In this document: in pieces, positions 30,903 to 41,409 of the stretch | Layout: the number at the start of each line of letters is the position of its first letter | Numbering within the stretch: position 1 is the first letter of the stretch | Assembly (NCBI GenBank): GCA_002898795.1 | Contig: BEIG01000001.1 | Coordinates: forward strand, 192 to 64,191 | Length of the DNA: 64,000 nt | DNA from: a bacterium HR30 | Lineage (GTDB): Bacteria > Desulfobacterota > Binatia > HRBIN30 | Reading direction: 5' to 3' | The notes under the pieces: generated by a model | What the model saw: the letters and a program-made list of their open reading frames with translations, nothing else | What the model was told of the DNA's origin: nothing | Databases searched by the model: none | Position numbers and translations under genes: made by a program

Positions 30903-31180
30903 TGAAAAAGTTCGCCATCGTTGCTCTGATCTCGTTTGGCCTGCTTGCGTTTTCCCTACAGGCGGAGGAAGCCTCAACAGCAGGTGGCGCAGCAGCCCAG
31001 GAGCAAGCAGCATCCTCTGCCGAGGGCTGCATGCCCAACGGCGGTTGTTGCGGTGCGTGCGTGGCAGCACGCGCTCAAGCCAAGGCCCAAGAGGGACAAA
31101 AGCACCACGAGGGCCAAGTGGGACAAGACGAAAAGCCTAGCGGTTGCCCCTGTAAGCAAGCCAAGCAACAAAGCATGTGA
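30903..31180 (+). CDS. Small secreted Cys/His-containing protein (about 92 aa)
   Basis: GTG start 7 nt after AAGGAGG. Signal peptide VKKFAIVALISFGLLAFSLQA. Mature part carries CMPNGGCCGACV ... QKHHEGQ ... GCPCKQ. Confidence 0.55.
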
Positions 31181-31197
31181 GTGACCTGGGCAACGCC

Positions 31198-32220
31198 TCA
31201 CCACGGCCGTGGTAAGATGCGTTCCCACCGGTTTGGTGTGGGCCGCTCCTGGGGCGTGTTTACCGGTGTCGGGAGGGCGTGAAACTTGGCGGGGAAGTTT
31301 TTTGCCCCGTAGGCGCTGGTGTCGAACGCGGGCAACACCTCGACTTCGGGCACCAAGTCGCGCAGGCGTTTGACGCGCCAGAAGGTTTTCCACCACTCAT
31401 CGCCACTCCACAGCGCGCGCGGTTCTGCGGCGGTGCGGAAGCCCTCTCGGGTGAGCACCACGTCACTGGCCCAGAGCAGGGCATGCTGCGGGAGGCGGGC
31501 CAACACGAGCGTGGTGCCCGGGGTTGGTCCGCTCCCCTCGATCACGAAAATGCTTCGGTCGCCGAGGAGGTCGACAGCGCGGGGAAAAGTACCGAGGGGC
31601 TCGCTTTCGGTAAAGTCAATCACGTGCCAGTTCCGCACGTTCGACCAAAGCTCAGGGTCGTATCCGCTCGCCACGCGCCACGCGTGATCGAGCTCGGACC
31701 GCGTCGTGACCACTTTCGCCTGCGGAAATTCCGCCAGCGTCCCCGCGCGGATCGCTCGCAAGTTCGTCTGCACCACCCAGCGCACCGCCTCGGGTCGAAT
31801 CCCTGCCTGTTGCAGTCGTTGTGGCAACGCTTCGTTCGCTCGAACCGTCACAAAGCCTTCGTTCGGAATCAAGAATGAACGAGGCCATACCCGTTCGCTG
31901 CTCACTTCCTTTGGTAGCCCCGTATCGATCAGCACCACTCCTTTGCTCGGGTGTTGCAGCACGAGCACGGCTACGGGCAACTGCACCGTTCGGAACCACG
32001 AGCCACCTCGATACACCCAAGCATGCGGCAACTCGACAAACCCAGTGACAATCACGTGGGCAGCAAGGCCAGCAACGCCGCGGTAGGGCTGCGGCCAATT
32101 CTCCAGCTTCGGGGGAATGTAGGGAAGCCGCCTCTGTTCCGGCTGGCAGTGGATTACGGTTACTGCCAACAAAGCCAGTAGGGCACGGACTACGCGGGGC
32201 AAAACGAGCTTTCCTCTCAT
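31198..32220 (-). CDS. Secreted hypothetical protein (possible metallo-hydrolase-like fold, not supported by motifs)
   Basis: Signal peptide MRGKLVLPRVVRALLALLAVTVIHC. No canonical HxHxDH motif. Confidence 0.45.
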   Translation of the reverse strand: MRGKLVLPRVVRALLALLAVTVIHCQPEQRRLPYIPPKLENWPQPYRGVAGLAAHVIVTGFVELPHAWVYRGGSWFRTVQLPVAVLVLQHPSKGVVLIDTGLPKEVSSERVWPRSFLIPNEGFVTVRANEALPQRLQQAGIRPEAVRWVVQTNLRAIRAGTLAEFPQAKVVTTRSELDHAWRVASGYDPELWSNVRNWHVIDFTESEPLGTFPRAVDLLGDRSIFVIEGSGPTPGTTLVLARLPQHALLWASDVVLTREGFRTAAEPRALWSGDEWWKTFWRVKRLRDLVPEVEVLPAFDTSAYGAKNFPAKFHALPTPVNTPQERPTPNRWERILPRPW

Positions 32221-32307
32221 CGCTCGGGGATGGGGTTGGATTGCAGCCTTTGATTATCGCTGCTGGCTGCTCGTTACCAGCCACATGCAGCGTTGATCGC
32301 GTGGTAG

Positions 32308-32991
32308 CTAAGCTGCTCCGCCCCGTTCGAGCCTGAGCCGCACGAAGGAGGGGGTGATGTCGGACAAGTGCTCGACCAATTCTGTTCCGGGTGGAAAGGT
32401 GCAAACGCGGGTGAACTCGTTCGGTACAGCTACCGCTCGCAGGCCCGCTGCCCGAGCAGCAAGAACTCCGCGAGGCGAGTCTTCCACCACAAGGCAATGT
32501 TCGGGCGGTACGGCCAACTGCGATCGCGCCGTGAGGTACGCATCCGGAGCCGGTTTCGCCTCCCGGTAATCTTCGCGACCCACCACCACCTCGAAAAAGT
32601 GCTGCCAGCCAAGCTGGGACAACACCCAATCCACATCGGCGCGACTCGAGTTGGTGGCAATCCCCAGGGCAAACTCTCGAGAAAGCTGCTCCAGCACGAG
32701 CTGGGCTCCGGGCATCGGTTGCAGGCCCGCCTGTAACAGCCGCCGGTACACTGGCGCCTTGCGAGCGCGGAGTTCTGCCGGGGTAACGGGCAGCGAGTAC
32801 GTTTCTACTGCGTACTCCGGGCCATGACCTGCAGCGATCCAATGCTCCGCGTATTCCTGCCTTCCCACGACGACGCCGAAGGCGGCGAGCACCTCGCTGT
32901 AAGCGCGATAGTGGAGTTCCTCTGAATCCAGCAACACGCCGTCGAGATCGAACACAACGGCCGCGCGCTCCTTTTGTCCTTGCGCACTCAC
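32308..32991 (-). CDS. HAD-superfamily hydrolase (beta-phosphoglucomutase-like subfamily)
   Basis: [13 protein letters not shown] motif I, a GIATNS-like motif II region, and EDSPRG. Confidence 0.85.
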   Translation of the reverse strand: MSAQGQKERAAVVFDLDGVLLDSEELHYRAYSEVLAAFGVVVGRQEYAEHWIAAGHGPEYAVETYSLPVTPAELRARKAPVYRRLLQAGLQPMPGAQLVLEQLSREFALGIATNSSRADVDWVLSQLGWQHFFEVVVGREDYREAKPAPDAYLTARSQLAVPPEHCLVVEDSPRGVLAARAAGLRAVAVPNEFTRVCTFPPGTELVEHLSDITPSFVRLRLERGGAA

Positions 32992-33566
32992 TTCTCGACG
33001 ACGCGAACAGAGTGAATGACCACTGGCTCCTTTGGAACAGCTTCGTGCATCCCAACCCGCTGCGTGGGCACCTGGGCAATCTTGAGGACCACGTCCATCC
33101 CCTCGACCACCTTGCCAAAGACCGCGTAACCAAAACCTGCGGGTGTTTCGTCGCGATGGTCCAAGAACCCGTTATCCTTCACATTGATGAAAAACTGAGA
33201 AGTGGCACTGTCGACCACACCCGTTCGTGCCATGGCGATCGTTCCGACCACATTCTTCAGCCCGTTCGTCGCCTCGTTTTTAATTGGTGCCTTGGTCGGC
33301 TTTTGCTTCAGGTCCTTGTCGTAACCCCCGCCTTGGATCATGAAATTCGGGATCACGCGGTGGAAAATGGTGCCATCGTAAAAGCGGTCGTTGACGTAAT
33401 CCAGAAAGTTCTTCACCGTCACTGGAGCCTTGTCGTCGAACAATTCGATTTTGATGTCTCCCATGGACGTTTTCATCAGGACCATCGTGTGTTTGGCCTC
33501 CTCGGCCCACAAGCGAGTGGGGAACAGCAAAGCCGTTAGCGTCACGGCCAACAGCCAACGTACCAT
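32988..33566 (-). CDS. Cyclophilin-type peptidyl-prolyl cis-trans isomerase, secreted
   Basis: Signal peptide [29 protein letters not shown] and MARTG cyclophilin motifs. ATG at 33564-33566. Confidence 0.9.
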   Translation of the reverse strand: MVRWLLAVTLTALLFPTRLWAEEAKHTMVLMKTSMGDIKIELFDDKAPVTVKNFLDYVNDRFYDGTIFHRVIPNFMIQGGGYDKDLKQKPTKAPIKNEATNGLKNVVGTIAMARTGVVDSATSQFFINVKDNGFLDHRDETPAGFGYAVFGKVVEGMDVVLKIAQVPTQRVGMHEAVPKEPVVIHSVRVVEK

Positions 33567-33669
33567 ACCCAAACCTCCGTGAGCATGAGATGTTGGCGCC
33601 AGATAGCAGGCTCCGTGCGTCGCGCAAAGGAAGAAACCTTGACGGTGAACGACCAAAAAGGGGAAGACC

Positions 33670-34617
33670 GTGACTGACCTCGAATTTGCCGTCGACGTGC
33701 GCGGGCTCACGCGGGTGTTCGATCACTTCGTAGCTGTAGATCACATCGACCTGCGCGTGCGGCGGGGGTTGGTGTTCGGCTTCCTCGGCCCCAATGGCGC
33801 TGGGAAATCGACCACAATCCGGATGCTTTGCGGGATCTTACGGCCAACAGCCGGAAGCGGCACAGTCGGTGGTTTCGACTTGTGGCGCGAAAGCGAAGCG
33901 CTCAAAAGCCGTCTTGGTTACATGTCGCAAAAGTTCTCGCTTTACGAGGACCTGACGGTCGAAGAAAACCTGCAGTTTTTCGCGGGCGTGTACAACGTCC
34001 ACGGCAGCCAGCGCCGGCGGCGCATCGCCTGGGCATTGGAAATGGCGGGCCTGGTCGGAAGGGAACATGTTCTCACCCGCGACCTCGCCGCTGGTTGGCG
34101 GCAACGGCTGGCTCTGGGTTGTGCTGTACTCCACGAGCCGCCGCTGCTCTTTCTCGACGAACCGACCTCCGGTGTCGACCCGCTGTCGCGACGCCGCTTC
34201 TGGGAGATGATTGCGGAGCTCTCCGACCGAGGGGTAACCGTGTTCGTGACCACGCATTACATGGACGAGGCCGAGCACTGCGACGAACTCGCGTTGATTT
34301 ACGCTGGCAAGGTGGTGGCTTGCGGGAGCCCCGCGCAACTGAAGTCAGAACACGTTCCGCACGCGCTGTTAGAACTGACGCCGTCCCCGCTCATGCCCGC
34401 GTACGCCGCGTTGAAGGAAGCGCCCGGGGTACTCGGGGTAGCGATTTTCGGCGACCGGCTGCATGTCACCGTTGCCGACGCCGATCAAGCGAAACAGGAC
34501 CTGCCACTTTTCTTAGGCCAACGGGGCATCGTCGTTTCCAAAGTGGACCGCATCGAGCCATCGCTCGAGGATGCGTTCGTGGCGATTATCGAACAAAGTG
34601 GGGTTCAGGAACGATGA
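33670..34617 (+). CDS. ABC-2-type transporter ATP-binding protein
   Basis: GPNGAGKST, LSGGMxQRL-like signature, LDEPT. GTG start. ATGA overlap with the permease. Confidence 0.9.
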   Translation: MTDLEFAVDVRGLTRVFDHFVAVDHIDLRVRRGLVFGFLGPNGAGKSTTIRMLCGILRPTAGSGTVGGFDLWRESEALKSRLGYMSQKFSLYEDLTVEENLQFFAGVYNVHGSQRRRRIAWALEMAGLVGREHVLTRDLAAGWRQRLALGCAVLHEPPLLFLDEPTSGVDPLSRRRFWEMIAELSDRGVTVFVTTHYMDEAEHCDELALIYAGKVVACGSPAQLKSEHVPHALLELTPSPLMPAYAALKEAPGVLGVAIFGDRLHVTVADADQAKQDLPLFLGQRGIVVSKVDRIEPSLEDAFVAIIEQSGVQER

Positions 34618-35759
34618 TTTGGGCGCGCTATCGCCTTTCCCGGCGCACCATTCGTGCGATTATGCGCAGAGAATTCACCGATGTTCTCCGCGATCGGCGA
34701 AGCTTGCTGCTCACGTTCTTGTGGCCCATCAGCATGCTGCTCCTCTATGGCTACGGGATCCGGTACGACATCAATAACGTGCCGCTCACGGTGCTCGATT
34801 ACGACCGTAGCAGCCATAGCCGTTTGCTCGTGGAGCAAATGATCGAATCCGGCTACTTCCAGTTGGTACGGCAGGCAGAGCACTACGGCGACGTGGAGCG
34901 TGATCTCATTACTGGCGCCAGTCAGGCTGCCCTCGTCATCCCGCCGGATTTCGCTCGGAGACTGAGGGCCGGAGAAGTGGTCACTCTCCAAGCCTTGTTC
35001 GACGGCACCGATTCGAACACGGCAACCATTGCGCAAAGTTACGTGCTCGCCATGGTTACCAGCTTTGGAGCCCGGCTCGAAGTTGCTCACCTCGAGCGGC
35101 AATCAGCGGCGGCGGGGATCAGTGTGGCCAGCCGTGTGTGGTACAACCCGGAGCTGCAGAGCGTGAACTTCATCGTGCCTGGGGTCATTGCCGTCATCAT
35201 GATGATCGTCGGGGCCATTTTAACCGCCCTCAGTATCGTCAAAGAAAAAGAACGGGGCACGATCGAGCAAGTGTTGGTTTCGCCCATTCGCCCGCTGGAA
35301 CTCATGATTGGCAAAATCGTGCCCTACGTTCTTATCGCTTTACTCGATCTCACGCTGGTGATCACCGCTGGGTACTTCGTCTTCGGTGTACCGATCAAGG
35401 GAAGCTTGTGGCAACTTGCGGTGTTCTCCGTGCTGTATCTGACCGCCTCTCTTGGCATCGGCGTTTTCGTGTCGACCATTGCTGACACCATGCAGTCTGC
35501 CATGCTGGCGGCCATTTTCATCTCGTTGCTGCCGGCGGTGCTGCTTTCGGGGTTCGTCTTCCCCTTGGAGCACATGCCGGTGGGGATTCGAGCTCTTTCG
35601 TACTTTTTCCCCGGCCGCTACTTCGTGACCGCCATTCGCGGAATTTACCTCAAGGGGGTTGGACTGGAAGTACTTTGGCCAGAGGCCTTGATGCTGGCCG
35701 CGTTTTCCGCGGGCATCGTGTGGCTCAGCGCCAGCCGCTTCCAGGAAAAGCTCGGATGA
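34614..35759 (+). CDS. ABC-2-type transporter permease
   Basis: Six predicted TM helices in an ABC2_membrane-like layout. ATG at 34614. Confidence 0.85.
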   Translation: MIWARYRLSRRTIRAIMRREFTDVLRDRRSLLLTFLWPISMLLLYGYGIRYDINNVPLTVLDYDRSSHSRLLVEQMIESGYFQLVRQAEHYGDVERDLITGASQAALVIPPDFARRLRAGEVVTLQALFDGTDSNTATIAQSYVLAMVTSFGARLEVAHLERQSAAAGISVASRVWYNPELQSVNFIVPGVIAVIMMIVGAILTALSIVKEKERGTIEQVLVSPIRPLELMIGKIVPYVLIALLDLTLVITAGYFVFGVPIKGSLWQLAVFSVLYLTASLGIGVFVSTIADTMQSAMLAAIFISLLPAVLLSGFVFPLEHMPVGIRALSYFFPGRYFVTAIRGIYLKGVGLEVLWPEALMLAAFSAGIVWLSASRFQEKLG

Positions 35760-36892
35760 CCGCCTCGCTGTCGCGCATTACGCACGTCGTGTGGAAGGAG
35801 TTCATCCAGCTCTCGCGTGATCGCCGCATGTTCGGCCTGGTATTGCTCATGCCGGTCATCGAACTGATCATCTTCGGCTACGTGGTCGCCACCGACATCA
35901 CCAATATCGCGCTGGCCGTGTGCGACTATGACCGATCGGCGTCGAGCCGGAATTACGTGGACCACTTGGTCCACAGCGGATACTTTCGTATTGCCGCCCA
36001 GTGTCATCACATCACCGAAGCCAACCGCCTCTTGGACCGCGGCGTCGTGAAAGTGGTGCTGACCATTCCGCCCGACTTCTCGGAAAAACTGCGGAGAGGT
36101 AAAACCGCCGAAATCTCGGCGCTGGTCGACGGTAGCAACTCCAACATTGCGATGATCGCCTCCGCTTACCTCGAGCAAATCACCCTGACCCGTGCGGTGC
36201 AGGTGCGTTTCCCCGACCGAGGAGCGGGCGACCGCATCGTGGTTCATCCACGCGTGGAGGTGGAACCGCGGGTATGGTTCAACCCCGAGTTGCGCAGCGT
36301 GCGCTACATGGTGCCCGCGATCCTTTGCGTCGTGCTGATGGAGTCGCTGGTTGTCCTCACGGCCATCGCCATTGTTCGAGAGAAGGAACGGGGGACGATC
36401 GAGCAGATTATCGTGACACCAATCCGCGCTGGAGAGTTTGTCCTCGGAAAGGCAATCCCGTTTATCGTCATCGGGTACATCAATATGGGCGCGGTTATGC
36501 TGGCTGGGCGCTACTGGTTCGGGGTCGAGATGGCGGGATCCATGAGTTTGCTCCTGTCGCTGAGTCTGCTCTTCATCATGACCTGCCTTGGCATGGGTCT
36601 GTTGGTATCCACGGTATCCAACACCCAGCAGCAGGCCTCCATGCTGGGACAGTTTTTGTTGCTCCCCAACTTGTTCTTCTCCGGTTTCATATTCCCGATC
36701 TCCAGCATGCCCGAAGTGATCCAGCGCCTAACGGTCATCGTCCCCCTCAAGTACTACATCACCATCGTGCGCGGCATTTTCTTGAAAAACGCGGGCTGGG
36801 CCGAACTGTGGGACGAAAGCTTGGTGTTGCTGGCCTTCGGAGTCGTGATCCTGACCGCAGCAAGTTTCGTGTTCCGAAAAGAGGTGCGGTAA
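35756..36892 (+). CDS. ABC-2-type transporter permease, paralogous second subunit
   Basis: Paralogous to the upstream permease. ATGA overlap at 35756-35759. Confidence 0.85.
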   Translation: MTASLSRITHVVWKEFIQLSRDRRMFGLVLLMPVIELIIFGYVVATDITNIALAVCDYDRSASSRNYVDHLVHSGYFRIAAQCHHITEANRLLDRGVVKVVLTIPPDFSEKLRRGKTAEISALVDGSNSNIAMIASAYLEQITLTRAVQVRFPDRGAGDRIVVHPRVEVEPRVWFNPELRSVRYMVPAILCVVLMESLVVLTAIAIVREKERGTIEQIIVTPIRAGEFVLGKAIPFIVIGYINMGAVMLAGRYWFGVEMAGSMSLLLSLSLLFIMTCLGMGLLVSTVSNTQQQASMLGQFLLLPNLFFSGFIFPISSMPEVIQRLTVIVPLKYYITIVRGIFLKNAGWAELWDESLVLLAFGVVILTAASFVFRKEVR

Positions 36893-36922
36893 GCTTCGCA
36901 GCAAAAGCCTGCGGGCGTGGCC

Positions 36923-36958
36923 GCAGCGTTACCCTCGGCGGCAGCGTTGCCCTCGGCG
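36923..36958. repeat. 18-bp tandem direct repeat, 2 copies with one mismatch
   Basis: GCAGCGTTACCCTCGGCG then GCAGCGTTGCCCTCGGCG, directly downstream of the permease stop. Confidence 0.7.
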
Positions 36959-37218
36959 GCATCGCCACTCCTGGCTGCGGTGCCGTACTCCAAGCATCAG
37001 GCAAGTGCATCCCCCGTAAGGGCTGGTCGAGGGAGCCTTTTTCAAGCCATGAGGCGGGAGAACTGGTGGCGCTCCCTTCCTCTATGGTGCTGGCTCGCAG
37101 GCGCAAGTCCTGCGGAGTTAGCTCGAACCCGTGAGCGGTTAGCTAACGGCCAACGCTTCCTTTGCTCGCGGCATGGTGTTCTGCGGGCCGCAGTGTCCGC
37201 TGTTCGTTTTGCTCCAGC

Positions 37219-39030
37219 TCAGGCAACGGTTACCGACTTCGCCAGCGACCTAGGCTTGTCTACGTTTCGCTTCAATGCGGTGGCGGTAAAGTACGCGAGC
37301 AACTGAGCGCCAACCAACGGCAAGAGGGGGGCTGTGATCGCGTGGGCAGGCGGAAACAAAATGATTTCGTCGAACAGCCCTGGCGCCGGATCGAAGGCAA
37401 AGCCAATGACAAAACCGCCCCGTGCCCGCACCTCTTCGACACACGACACGGTCAGGGTGTAGAGTTCTCCACTCTCTCGCGGGGGCACGAACACGAGTGT
37501 GTACAAATTCTCGTCGACAAGCGAAAGTGTGCCATGTTTGAGGAACCCGCCCGGCATACCCTCCACGTGCAAGTACGTCACCTCTTTCATCTTCAAGGCG
37601 GACTCGAGGGCGATTGGGTAGTAGATACCGCGTCCCAGAAACAACCAGTTGTGCATGTGTGCATGCCGGTAAGCAGCGGCACGAATTAGCCCTGAGCGTT
37701 CGTTCAGCAGGGTTTCGATTTCTCCGGGCAAGCGATGGAGGGCATCGCAAGCCGCTTCTTGCGAGCCCCGACTCAGTTTGCCCCGCACAACGCCAAGCTC
37801 GATTGCCAGCCGGGTCAACAGCACCATTTGCGCTAAAGCTGCCTTGGTGCTGACGACGCACACCTCGGGCCCCGATCCCTGCAAGAGGACGTGATCCACC
37901 AACCGGGCAATCGAGGAGCCGACCACGTTCACGATGGCGGCGGTTTTCGCACCCCGTTCCTTCGCGTGGCGCAAGCTCATCAAGGTATCGTACGTTTCGC
38001 CCGACTGGGAAATCGCGAGCACTACGGTATTAGGGTCGCTTTTGTCCAAGTATCGGAACTCGTCGGAACTCACCGGAAGCACATCGACGTCAGCCAGCTC
38101 CGCGAACAGATACTGCCCGTACAGCGCGACATAGTAGGTGGTACCCACGCCGATCAGGTAAATGCGGCGAGCCTCGGCCATCGCCTGCACCAGGGCGAGA
38201 ATGGCACTATTTTCGATGGCCAGAGCGGCCCGTGCTGCCTGGGGCTGCTCGTGAATTTCTTTGAGCATGAAATGCGGGTAACCCCCTTTTCGGGAGAGCT
38301 CCGAGTCCCAAGGGATCACCATGACTGGTTTTTCGACCACCTCGCCATCGCGCACGCGTTTGATGGCGTAACTATCTTTGGACACGATTCCGTACTCCCC
38401 GTCATCGAGGATCACGGCATTTTTCGTGTATTCGATGAAAGCGTTGAAGTCAGAGCCAACGTAGTTGGCATCCGTGCCCACACCAATGATCAGGGGGCTT
38501 TCCTGCCGCGCGCAATAAATTCGATCGGAGTCGTGCACCGAAATCATCGCCAAGGCGTAACTTCCTTCGAGCTCGCGGAGCGTGGCGACCCAAGCTGCCT
38601 CCACGTTGCCTGTTCGCCGGAAGTGATCCTCCACTAAATGGGCGATGGTTTCCGTGTCGGTTTCCGAACGAAAGCGATGCCCCGCTTGCTGCAGGCGTTC
38701 GCGCAACGCGCGGTAATTCGCGATAATGCCATTGTGAACCACGGCAAAGGCGCCGTCGCAGCTCACGTGCGGGTGAGCATTTTCCCGGGTTACCTTACCG
38801 TGTGTGGCCCACCGGGTATGGGCAATGCCCACATGGGCTTCGAGGTTCCGCAGGTTGGCACGGCTATCCACCTCGTCTACCGTGCCCACATCCTTGCGCA
38901 CCTCGATATGCCGATTCTCGACAAAGGCAACGCCGCAGGAATCGTAACCGCGGTATTCGAGCTGGTGCACGCCCTCGTACAAGCGATCGTGGATGGGGTG
39001 AAAACTTGCAACCCCGCTAATGCCGCACAT
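37219..39030 (-). CDS. glmS: Glutamine--fructose-6-phosphate aminotransferase
   Basis: N-terminal MCGISGV (Ntn Cys), two SIS domains, and a C-terminal ...VE-like tail. ATG at 39028-39030. Confidence 0.95.
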   Translation of the reverse strand: MCGISGVASFHPIHDRLYEGVHQLEYRGYDSCGVAFVENRHIEVRKDVGTVDEVDSRANLRNLEAHVGIAHTRWATHGKVTRENAHPHVSCDGAFAVVHNGIIANYRALRERLQQAGHRFRSETDTETIAHLVEDHFRRTGNVEAAWVATLRELEGSYALAMISVHDSDRIYCARQESPLIIGVGTDANYVGSDFNAFIEYTKNAVILDDGEYGIVSKDSYAIKRVRDGEVVEKPVMVIPWDSELSRKGGYPHFMLKEIHEQPQAARAALAIENSAILALVQAMAEARRIYLIGVGTTYYVALYGQYLFAELADVDVLPVSSDEFRYLDKSDPNTVVLAISQSGETYDTLMSLRHAKERGAKTAAIVNVVGSSIARLVDHVLLQGSGPEVCVVSTKAALAQMVLLTRLAIELGVVRGKLSRGSQEAACDALHRLPGEIETLLNERSGLIRAAAYRHAHMHNWLFLGRGIYYPIALESALKMKEVTYLHVEGMPGGFLKHGTLSLVDENLYTLVFVPPRESGELYTLTVSCVEEVRARGGFVIGFAFDPAPGLFDEIILFPPAHAITAPLLPLVGAQLLAYFTATALKRNVDKPRSLAKSVTVA

Positions 39031-39034
39031 AACG

Positions 39035-40243
39035 CTACTCCGCTCGGGGCACCGTGGTGTGATGCTCGATGACGGCGTCCGCCTCGACGATCGTTCCGGC
39101 TGCAAGCGTGTTGCCAGCCCCGATTTTTGCACGATCACCAATGAAGGACCCGAGCTTCTTCAGCCCTGAATCAACCTTGGAGCCACGAATGTTCAAGGCA
39201 ATCGGTTGGCGGTCCAACGTCTCGTTCACCGTCATGGTTCCCGAACCGATATCCACCTCTTCACCGACCACGCTATCGCCAATGAACGAAAGCCGACCGA
39301 TCCGGGCTCGTCCAAAAACCACGCAATTTTTCAGTTCCACTCCGTAGCCCACGATGGAACCAGGGCCCAACGACGAGTAACTCCGAACGAGCACATTGTT
39401 GCCAACGTAACAATCGCGGCCAATGTAACAGGGACCAGCCAGCACGGCCCCTGCGCGGATGGTCGATCCGGCTTCGACGCGAACCGGTCCGACGATGGTC
39501 ACGTTGTTGTCCAGTTTCGCTTCCCGCGAGATGCGCGCCTCTTCCCACGTATCCATGACCAGCCGGTTCGCCGCGAGCACGTCCCATGGGTATTCTACGT
39601 CGATCCAACCCTCCTCCCAAATCGACGCGTGCACGCCCACGGTGGTGGTCAACCGGTCGAACACTCGCTCCATGTCCCGGCCCGCCTCCTCCACCCACGA
39701 AAACAACTCCGTGGGCAGCACGAAGAACCCGGACAACACGTAGTTACCCAACCCTGGGGTCTGCGGCTTTTCGATGATTTTCGTAATGCGTGTGCCGCTC
39801 AAATATACGTTACCGTACCGGCCCGTTGGTGGCCCTGGCAGACACACGCCGGCAATCGGGCTCTTGAACGTGTTGAACGACTGAAGGAGTTGGAGAAACG
39901 GGTTGCTAGAAGTAACCACGTCCCCGTACACCAGAACGAAGTATTCCGCCGGCGTGAATTTGCTGCGCGCGCGCAAAATCGCATCGGCAATACCCTGAGC
40001 GCCTTCCTGGCGCACGTAAGTCAAATTCAAGCCCAAGCTAGAACCATCACCGAAGGTGTTCTCCACCACGTGGCCATGCTGGCCGACAACGATGGCGATG
40101 TCGGTAATCCCTGCTTCCCGTAGGTGCTGGAGCGTGCGGCGCAAGAGCGAGCCACCGGCCACAACCGTCATGGCCTTCGGGCGGGTGGCCGAAAACGGCA
40201 CTAGGGTACGCCCCGCACCACCAGTCAAAACTAGAGCCTTCAT
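39035..40243 (-). CDS. Bifunctional sugar-1-phosphate nucleotidylyltransferase / left-handed beta-helix acyltransferase (GlmU-like, archaeal/Thermus type)
   Basis: MKALVLTGGAGRTL NTP-transferase motif and C-terminal hexapeptide repeats. Lies immediately upstream of glmS. Confidence 0.8.
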   Translation of the reverse strand: MKALVLTGGAGRTLVPFSATRPKAMTVVAGGSLLRRTLQHLREAGITDIAIVVGQHGHVVENTFGDGSSLGLNLTYVRQEGAQGIADAILRARSKFTPAEYFVLVYGDVVTSSNPFLQLLQSFNTFKSPIAGVCLPGPPTGRYGNVYLSGTRITKIIEKPQTPGLGNYVLSGFFVLPTELFSWVEEAGRDMERVFDRLTTTVGVHASIWEEGWIDVEYPWDVLAANRLVMDTWEEARISREAKLDNNVTIVGPVRVEAGSTIRAGAVLAGPCYIGRDCYVGNNVLVRSYSSLGPGSIVGYGVELKNCVVFGRARIGRLSFIGDSVVGEEVDIGSGTMTVNETLDRQPIALNIRGSKVDSGLKKLGSFIGDRAKIGAGNTLAAGTIVEADAVIEHHTTVPRAE

Positions 40244-40383
40244 GGAGTTGCTCGCCGCCCTCCCTTGTCTGCCTCGATCGCCACCTCGGGCTTACCACCA
40301 TAATCCGAACGTGCGGCATTTCTCAAGCGCCTCGCGACGTCGCCATTGCCCACCTTGACGGCCGCTACTTCTCCGGGCATTCT

Positions 40384-40818
40384 TTGCCCATGAAGTCACG
40401 GGGCATGGGAACTTACTGGCTAAAAGCTTTGCTGTTCACCACCACCCTTCTTGCACCCGTTGGTTGCGTTGGGTGGGAACAAACTCGGGTTCGTAAGAAC
40501 CCCGTCCTTCCCGACGAATACATCATCGAAAAACACGGCGTCCGGCAGGGCACGGTTCGCCGCAATCCCGTCTTTCGCGACCAGTGGGACGTGTACGACA
40601 ACACCGGGCGGCGGCTGGAATCGATTCGCCCCAACCCTGTCTTCAAAGACGAATTCGACATTTACTCGCCTTCAGGCAGGCGAGAAATGACGATCCGGAA
40701 GAGTCCGGTTTTGAAGGACGAATTCGACGTTTTAGACACCACCGGCCGCCGCACTCACCGGGTACGGCCAGACCCAGTACTTCCCGACGAGTGGAAAATC
40801 GAAGGTTACGACCCGTAA
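40384..40818 (+). CDS. Lipoprotein with five tandem ~22-aa repeats
   Basis: Lipobox LLAPVGC. Repeat consensus (V/I)R-x-NPV(L/F)-x-DE(Y/F/W)-x-(I/V)...GRR occurs 5 times. Confidence 0.6.
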   Translation: MPMKSRGMGTYWLKALLFTTTLLAPVGCVGWEQTRVRKNPVLPDEYIIEKHGVRQGTVRRNPVFRDQWDVYDNTGRRLESIRPNPVFKDEFDIYSPSGRREMTIRKSPVLKDEFDVLDTTGRRTHRVRPDPVLPDEWKIEGYDP

Positions 40819-41129
40819 CCTCGACACAACCGCTTGACTCCGCAACCATTTTGGTCCCGCACCGCGACCACGGAATAAAATGCGACTTCATTCGCGGCCG
40901 CCCGGCGAAGAGAACTGGGCCGATCGTGGCCAACAGCGGGCCGCGGAAGCAGCCGCCCACGTGGGTCACGCGTCGTCATCGCGAAAGAACTTGCTCACAC
41001 GCGCTTGCAGCCACCGCAGGCTCGGTCTTTACGGGAGAAGTGACAAAGCACCCAGTGAGATAGCGCCGCGCGCCTTAGCGGCTGAACCGCTCGAGGCTGG
41101 ACTACCGGAATCCGCCGCGCCGTGCCGCG

Positions 41130-41396
41130 TCAGATGGCCCGACCAAGTCCGGCTGCGCGAAGGACCGCCTCGTCCGGACCGCGGCCCGCGCAGCAGTCGG
41201 CAAGCTTGCCATCCATTACCACCGCGGGAACCGAGCGGACGCCCAGGCTTTTCGCCCGCTTGGCAACGGTCGGCTCGTTCATGTCGAGGATGCTCACCTC
41301 ACAGGACGGGCATGCGATGCGCTTGACCAGTTGAACCGTGTCCTCGCAGGCGGGGCAGCCCGCGCTAAACACCTCGATCTTCCTCTTCATCGCCAT
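41130..41396 (-). CDS. Small thioredoxin-fold protein with CPAC active site and C-terminal vicinal Cys pair
   Basis: KIEVFSAGCPACEDTVQLVKRI...VPAVVMDGKLADCCAG. ATG at 41394-41396. Confidence 0.65.
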   Translation of the reverse strand: MAMKRKIEVFSAGCPACEDTVQLVKRIACPSCEVSILDMNEPTVAKRAKSLGVRSVPAVVMDGKLADCCAGRGPDEAVLRAAGLGRAI

Positions 41397-41409
41397 GCTG
41401 AACCTCCTT

